Below the pieces are notes generated by a model that saw nothing but the letters and a program-made list of their open reading frames with translations, did no database searches and had not been told where the DNA came from. The position numbers were made by a program, and so were the translations under genes. 58,834 nucleotides of DNA from an uncultured Flavobacterium sp. (GTDB lineage Bacteria > Bacteroidota > Bacteroidia > Flavobacteriales > Flavobacteriaceae): NCBI GenBank assembly GCA_964629155.1, contig CAZVQI010000002.1, positions 1 to 58,834 of the forward strand, written 5' to 3'. Positions 58,782 to 58,834 of this stretch are shown here, piece after piece. Numbering within the stretch: the first letter of the stretch is position 1; each line of letters opens with the position of its first letter.

Positions 58782-58834
58782 ATGGAATCTACACAAATTG
58801 ATTTTATCCCTATACTAATGCAGATAGGTTTAGC
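58782..58834 (+). CDS. nuoA: Probable NADH-quinone oxidoreductase subunit A, N-terminus (partial)
   Basis: MESTQIDFIPILMQIGLA resembles the Flavobacterium NuoA N-terminus; only 18 codons visible. Confidence 0.55.
   Translation, partial: MESTQIDFIPILMQIGL

Overview
AT-rich chromosomal window from a Flavobacteriaceae (Flavobacterium-like) bacterium, judged from gene families, recurrent TAnnTTTG (-7) promoters and A-rich starts without Shine-Dalgarno motifs. It is mostly housekeeping genes: the 3' end of glutamine synthetase III, ribD, a DAACS symporter, a complete mnh/mrpA-G Na+/H+ antiporter operon, hemH, ndk, ctlX, an SMR exporter, tRNA-Met, def, purB, hemW, a phosphohexomutase, a T9SS plug-like protein, an M16 peptidase, two SGNH proteins, serC/serA, a GlcD-type FAD dehydrogenase, POT and ABC transporters, truA, M23/GH3/tatA, feoAB, recA, mazG, a four-gene degT-pglF-wza-wzc block, rpoN, dnaN, a LuxE-like ligase and the start of nuoA. 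I saw no transposase, integrase, prophage or CRISPR array. The most unusual signals are: (1) a stand-alone lipoprotein resembling only domain 1 of the gliding/T9SS rotor GldM; (2) a SerA with key substrate-binding residues replaced, opposite a FAD-dependent 2-hydroxyacid dehydrogenase; (3) a DAACS transporter lacking the amino-group-binding Asp at the end of the Mrp operon; (4) a CtlX plus Gdx-like SMR pair. Family calls rest on motifs recognised from memory; no database searches were run.
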